This document shows positions 7,848 to 12,113 of a stretch of DNA of 12,113 nt, piece after piece; position 1 is the first letter of the stretch; every line of letters starts with the position of its first letter. The DNA is taken from the NCBI GenBank assembly GCA_965233585.1, contig CBDDTI010000081.1, positions 1 through 12,113 of the forward strand, written 5' to 3'. Made by a program: the position numbers and the translations under genes. The stretch is from a bacterium (lineage in GTDB: Bacteria > SAR324 > NAC60-12). The notes beneath the pieces were generated by a model, which saw only the letters and a program-made list of their open reading frames with translations, was not told the DNA's origin and did not search any database.

Positions 7848-10800
7848 CTGAAAAGGCAAAAAAGTGACAGCAAATTACCAATTGCAAACAAGTTGACTTT
7901 GTAATGAAAGGCGTCTGTCAACATAGATACTAGTAAGAGAATGTGTGCATGGGAGGCTTGTCTCATGTAATCTTTCCTTCACAGCAATAGGAGCTAAAAT
8001 GCTAGCCTGTAGTGCAGGCATTACTGTATTTTGGAAGAGAATGCTTGATAAACCAGGTTTTTGATGCTGGCATCTTAGATTGTAATTTTTTTGGATGCTT
8101 GACTGGTAGAGGATAGTGGCCTAATGCCAAAATATACACTCCCGTGCCCAAAATATGCCTCCACTACAGCCTAATAAAAAAGGAAAACAACCCAGTAGAC
8201 AATACACAGCTGTTTGGGAAACGTTGAACATCGGAGTGTCACAGTTTATCTCCAGCAAGTGATCAGAGTAGAGGTGAACTGGCCTAATGGTCAGCACCAG
8301 ATCAGTGCTTTGGTTTGAGCACTGGTTTATATTGTTCTCAGAGAAGAACTTTTTCTGCTCCAACTAGATGTGTAAATATGTACTGTTTGGTAAATTTAAT
8401 GCTGCGGGTAAGCCTGCAGTGGACTAGTGTCCCATTAGTTAAGTGAGAAGAAGAAATAATCGTAATCACTTGATGATATGGGAACCAGGATGTCAGTGGG
8501 GCTCAACAGAGACTTGTTCTCATGGTGGGTATTACAAGCTCTTACTATCTTTACTATTTTGGCTGCTGTCTGGTCTCTAGAGCCTGAATGTATGTCTGTA
8601 ATATTGTGCAATGACAAATGATAGCTACACTTTCATAACGAGTCAAAAAAAAAAAACAATAAATAATAATTTATTTCACTCCTAGTTACAGGTGATAACT
8701 TACTTTCCAAATACTGTGTACTTCATGTCAAGGTGAGGCTGTTTACCATAACAGATGAAGAACTGTGATCCATTTGTGTCTTGTCCACTGTTTGCCATTG
8801 ATACTGTCCCTCTTGCATTATGCTGGCAAAGGTGATATAGAAAAAGAATTACAACATGCAAATGTGTAACTTTGAATTTTCCATAAGTATAATCATATTT
8901 TAAAAATGTTTCAGTGTTGAGTTGTGTTGTATATTTTTACAAGTCTGACTGAATGTTGGACAACACCCAGGGTACATGCAAGTAAAAATTATGAATGATG
9001 GTTACAAATGTATGGAGTGGACATTTAACAAACATGGTGTCTGATCTTGTAAGAGATTTATTGTCCACTGTTTTTCTTGCCCAAAGAAAAACACTATGAG
9101 AATAAGAAGTAATAAGAAACTACTACAAATGATCTTTCAGACTGGTCTCCTACTACTTAAATATTATGGAATATTTATTCTTATCAGTGGTTGATTTGCT
9201 TGTTATTTTAGCCTTTGCAAAACCATCAACACATGCATGTTAAATATTTCACATATAACAGAGAATGAATATAAAAAGATGCAACACTAACTCGAAGTGC
9301 TGGACTAAGTTCATCAGCAAATTTCTTGCCCCAAATACTTTTTCCTCCTTTTCCAGTTCCTATCAGAAAACAAAACAACAACAACAACAGTACAGTCTTT
9401 CATAACAGTACAATGGAGTCTAATAACCTGTTGTCTGAGATATAAATTAAAATTGTCATAGTTATGTTATTCTACAGTATTTAATATAAATCACAGACCT
9501 GTAGGATCTCCAGTTTGTGCCATAAAACCTTTGATGTTTCTGTTGATGACCAAAACATAATAACAATCAAACCATTTTACCAGAAAAAGAAAAGAAAAAA
9601 TATGCCATAGAGAAACAAATATATTTACTGTAAAAAAGATTGTAGACCTTAACCCTTTTAGTCCTGGTTACAAGTTCGAAGAAAGGATAAACAATATTGT
9701 TGGATGAGGTTTTTGAGACATCCAGAATAATCAAGGTTGAGGTAGGGGTTATCAGCCGCAGCTGAAGTCTTTGGCTGATAACCTTTACCGAGACCTTGAT
9801 TATTCTGGATATCAGAAAAACCAAATCTAATAATTGTTTTATTATACATTGAACGAAAAAAAAAAAAAAAATGTCACAACAGTTACTGATGGCAAGCAAC
9901 ACAAAATGTGTGAACTTGACTTGATTACCCGTAGAAATCATGCACCGTGGTCATACATGACATGATTACCTGTGACCATGGGTGTCTTTGACATGATTAT
10001 TTTATAATCTGCTGCTAGATGATGTCACAGGCTATGATTTTGAAAATTCACTGAACCCTTTCAGCCATTCAGAAAAGAGATAGCGAGTTCAATGTATAAT
10101 AATTAAACTTATTCGCAATTTTGCCTGAACATTAGCTGTGGGTGAATTTATTAAGATGTCAAACTGCTCTTTGACTAAAATTGTTCAGAGTAGAGAATTA
10201 CTTCAATTATTAAATGATTGACTGACAAAAATTACTTTATTTTAATTGGAACAGACTGGTCATTTTATTTGCACTACAGTGAAGATTAATGCGTGTCAGT
10301 TTGAAAGAACTATGCCAGACTTTTTCTGCTCCTGATCATGTTTGCACAGCATGATACTGTTCTGTCGACTCACCTATGGAAAACACAGTTGTCATAGTAA
10401 TTGCTTGCACAAAGAGCAAGAAAGTTCTGCAAAAGACAATAATAAAAAAACTTGTTTTAAAATAATTTGTCCAAACCTGTTAGTTAAGGTGGCTCGAAAT
10501 AGTTTTCATTTTCCCCAGACTAGTTTTACAAATTCTTTTGTAAATACAGTTTGGTTTATCGTATCAGTGTGAAATTTACCACAGTAATAAATGAAACGTC
10601 ATAAAATCATTTCATTATATTTTTTCCAGAAAACCTGTTACCATGACAACCATATAATGCATTCAGTTGCACCCCTAAAATCGAAAGCTATTATGTTATT
10701 GAGAGAACAGGTCGGTGAAATCTTCTCAAACTCCTATATTACATGTTATCAGGAGAGATCTTCAAAATATGCAAGTTTAAAAAAATTCTGTAGGGCAGAT

Positions 10801-12113
10801 GAAACAAAAAGCCTACTTTTAGACTATTGCTTTTCTAACTTTTTTCCCACCTACAGAATTTTTTTAAAAATTGGTATATATACGGATCCGATCGATCTTA
10901 GTTGTCACCAAAAATTTGAAAAAAATTCACCTACCAGAAGCGGAAATATTAGCGCACGAAGTTGGAAAATATGAAAAAGTCACGGTCGACTAGATCCCAC
11001 TTTACGCATGCGCGAAGTTCACGCGCGCTCAATCAAGTTCCCACGCGTACGAAACAACCAGCTTCTATCCGGACGTATTCTTTGTGAAAAGGAGATATTT
11101 TTCCTTTCAATCCTTTCACAGGTTACAGGAAAAGTAACTAACACCAATTTGAGAGAGTTTTGCCGTTCGCATTTGCTTTAACGTGCTACAAGATCTATCT
11201 TTTCTTCTCTCCTCTCTCTAATTTAATTCATTTAGCTGACGCGTGCATCTTAGTCATGGCGTGTGTAGATTGCGTGCGCACGTGCAGCGAAAAACCCTTT
11301 CGAGCCTCCTTGAGGAGGCTCGAAAGGGTTTTTCGCTGCACGTGCGTGCGCAATCTACACACGCCACATGCCCGGTTGTTTCGCACATGTGGGAACTTGA
11401 TTGACTGTGCGTGAACAACTTCGCGCATGCGTAAAGTGGGATCTAGTCGACCGTGACTTTTTCATATTTTCCAACTTCGTGCGCTAATATTTCCGCTTCT
11501 GGTAGGTGAATTTTTTTCAAATTTTTGGTGACAACTAAGACCAATCGGATGCGTATATATACCAATTTTTAAAAAATTCTGTAGGTTGGAAAAAAGTTAG
11601 AAAAGCAATAGTCTAAAAGTAGGTTTTTTGTTTCATCTGCCCTACAGAATTTTTTTAAACTTGCATATTTTGAAGATCTCTCCTGATAACATGTAATATA
11701 GGAGTTTGAGAAGATTTCACCGACCTGTTCTCTCAATAACATAATAGCTTTCGATTTTGGGGGTGCAACTGAATGCATTATATGGTTGCCATGGTAACAG
11801 ATTTTCTGGAAAAAATATAGTGAAATGATTCTACGACGTTTCATTTATCACTGTGGTAAATTTCACACTGATACGATAAACCAAACTGTATTTACAAAAG
11901 AATTTGTAAAACTAGTCTGGGGAAAATGAAAACTATTTCGAGCCACCTTAAAGCGACAACTTTTCTGGCATTTTTTAGGTAATCAAAGCTCAGATTACTG
12001 GTAGCAGGTGGTAACTTGTGATAAGCTTTGAGATAAGTCTCAAAGTGAGAATTTAATTACAGTGGGGATAGTAAACGATCCTTACCTCAGACACCTTAGG
12101 AGTATCCTCACAG
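7712..12113 (-). CDS. PPIL3: Peptidyl-prolyl cis-trans isomerase-like 3 (cyclophilin): complement(join(7712..7847,8704..8822,9292..9359,9499..9539,10374..10426,12086..>12113)); 5'-partial
   Basis: Spliced translation [159 protein letters not shown] and TIHANP are characteristic of PPIL3; all introns are GT-AG with matching phases. Confidence 0.96.
8003..8173. mobile_element. Short degenerate MITE (171 bp), unclassified
   Basis: TIRs TAGCCTGTAGTGCAGGCAT / ATGCCTCCACTACAGCCTA (17/19 match) plus subterminal TATTTTGG/CCAAAATA. Confidence 0.6.
8704..8822 (-). CDS. PPIL3: PPIL3 exon ([13 protein letters not shown]...[10 protein letters not shown])
   Basis: tttgccag| acceptor; aa|gtaagt donor. Confidence 0.95.
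9292..9359 (-). CDS. PPIL3: PPIL3 exon ([22 protein letters not shown])
   Basis: tctgatag| acceptor; cga|gttagt donor. Confidence 0.92.
9499..9539 (-). CDS. PPIL3: PPIL3 41-bp exon ([13 protein letters not shown])
   Basis: caacag| acceptor; g|gtctgt donor; carries the cyclophilin FMxQxGD motif. Confidence 0.92.
9687..10102. mobile_element. Second non-autonomous 'double-hairpin' element, unclassified
   Basis: Imperfect foldback about 9688-9840, followed by a module bounded by the perfect 16-bp IR TTATTATACATTGAAC (9839-9854) / GTTCAATGTATAATAA (10087-10102). Confidence 0.78.
10374..10426 (-). CDS. PPIL3: PPIL3 exon ([17 protein letters not shown])
   Basis: cttttgcag| acceptor; ag|gtgagt donor. 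Confidence 0.94.
10488..11947. mobile_element. 1460-bp TTAA-flanked palindromic non-autonomous DNA transposon; Kolobok-like tail-to-tail dimer
   Basis: TTAA at 10484-10487 and 11948-11951; termini GGTGGCTCGAAA/TTTCGAGCCACC. Purine-purine ends with a TTAA TSD fit Kolobok rather than piggyBac (CCY ends). Arms 10488-11059 and 11374-11947 are about 97% identical (18 substitutions and 2 indels by manual count). Confidence 0.88.
11257..11366. repeat. 110-bp near-perfect inner palindrome
   Basis: 53-bp arms with 2 mismatches around a central TTGA (11310-11313). Confidence 0.92.
12086..12113 (-). CDS. PPIL3: PPIL3 exon, truncated by window edge (CEDTPKVSE)
   Basis: gag|gtaagg donor; aligns with vertebrate CERTPKTCE. 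Confidence 0.88.

Noticed and set aside
8280..8600. Possible intronic snoRNA in the last PPIL3 intron (small hairpin CAGTGCT/AGCACTG, TGATGA at about 8471)
   Set aside because: The TGATGA is on the strand opposite to the host transcript, and no convincing C/D or H/ACA arrangement is visible.
10591..11844. Near-identical ORFs 10591..10974 (+) and 11569..11844 (-)
   Set aside because: They are mirror images created by the palindrome, one is truncated by a 1-bp indel, and they show no transposase or other recognisable motif.
10484..11951. piggyBac assignment based on the TTAA TSD
   Set aside because: The termini start GGTGG, not the CCY typical of piggyBac; purine-purine ends with TTAA fit Kolobok better.
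1..12113. CRISPR array or other prokaryotic system
   Set aside because: The window is spliceosomal-intron eukaryotic DNA with no repeat-spacer array or operon-like ORFs.

Overview
AT-rich eukaryotic (animal) genomic DNA; the repeat landscape suggests a cnidarian such as a stony coral, which is inference only. Two convergent intron-rich genes fill the window. The + strand holds the last 12 coding exons of DNAAF5/HEATR2 (449-7007, 482 aa + stop, 5' part upstream of the window). The - strand holds six coding exons of the cyclophilin PPIL3 (7712 to beyond 12113). Their nearest AATAAA signals are crossed inside one short palindrome at 7234-7259. The introns carry several non-autonomous elements: a tandem tRNA-like repeat, a tRNA-derived SINE with a 13-bp TSD, two small MITEs, and two sequence-unrelated 'double-hairpin' elements bordered by ATAA-N5-7-TTAT-type junctions. 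The largest is a 1460-bp TTAA-flanked palindrome that parses as a tail-to-tail dimer of a Kolobok-like element and fills most of one PPIL3 intron. Most ORFs in the supplied track are exon read-throughs or spurious repeat ORFs.
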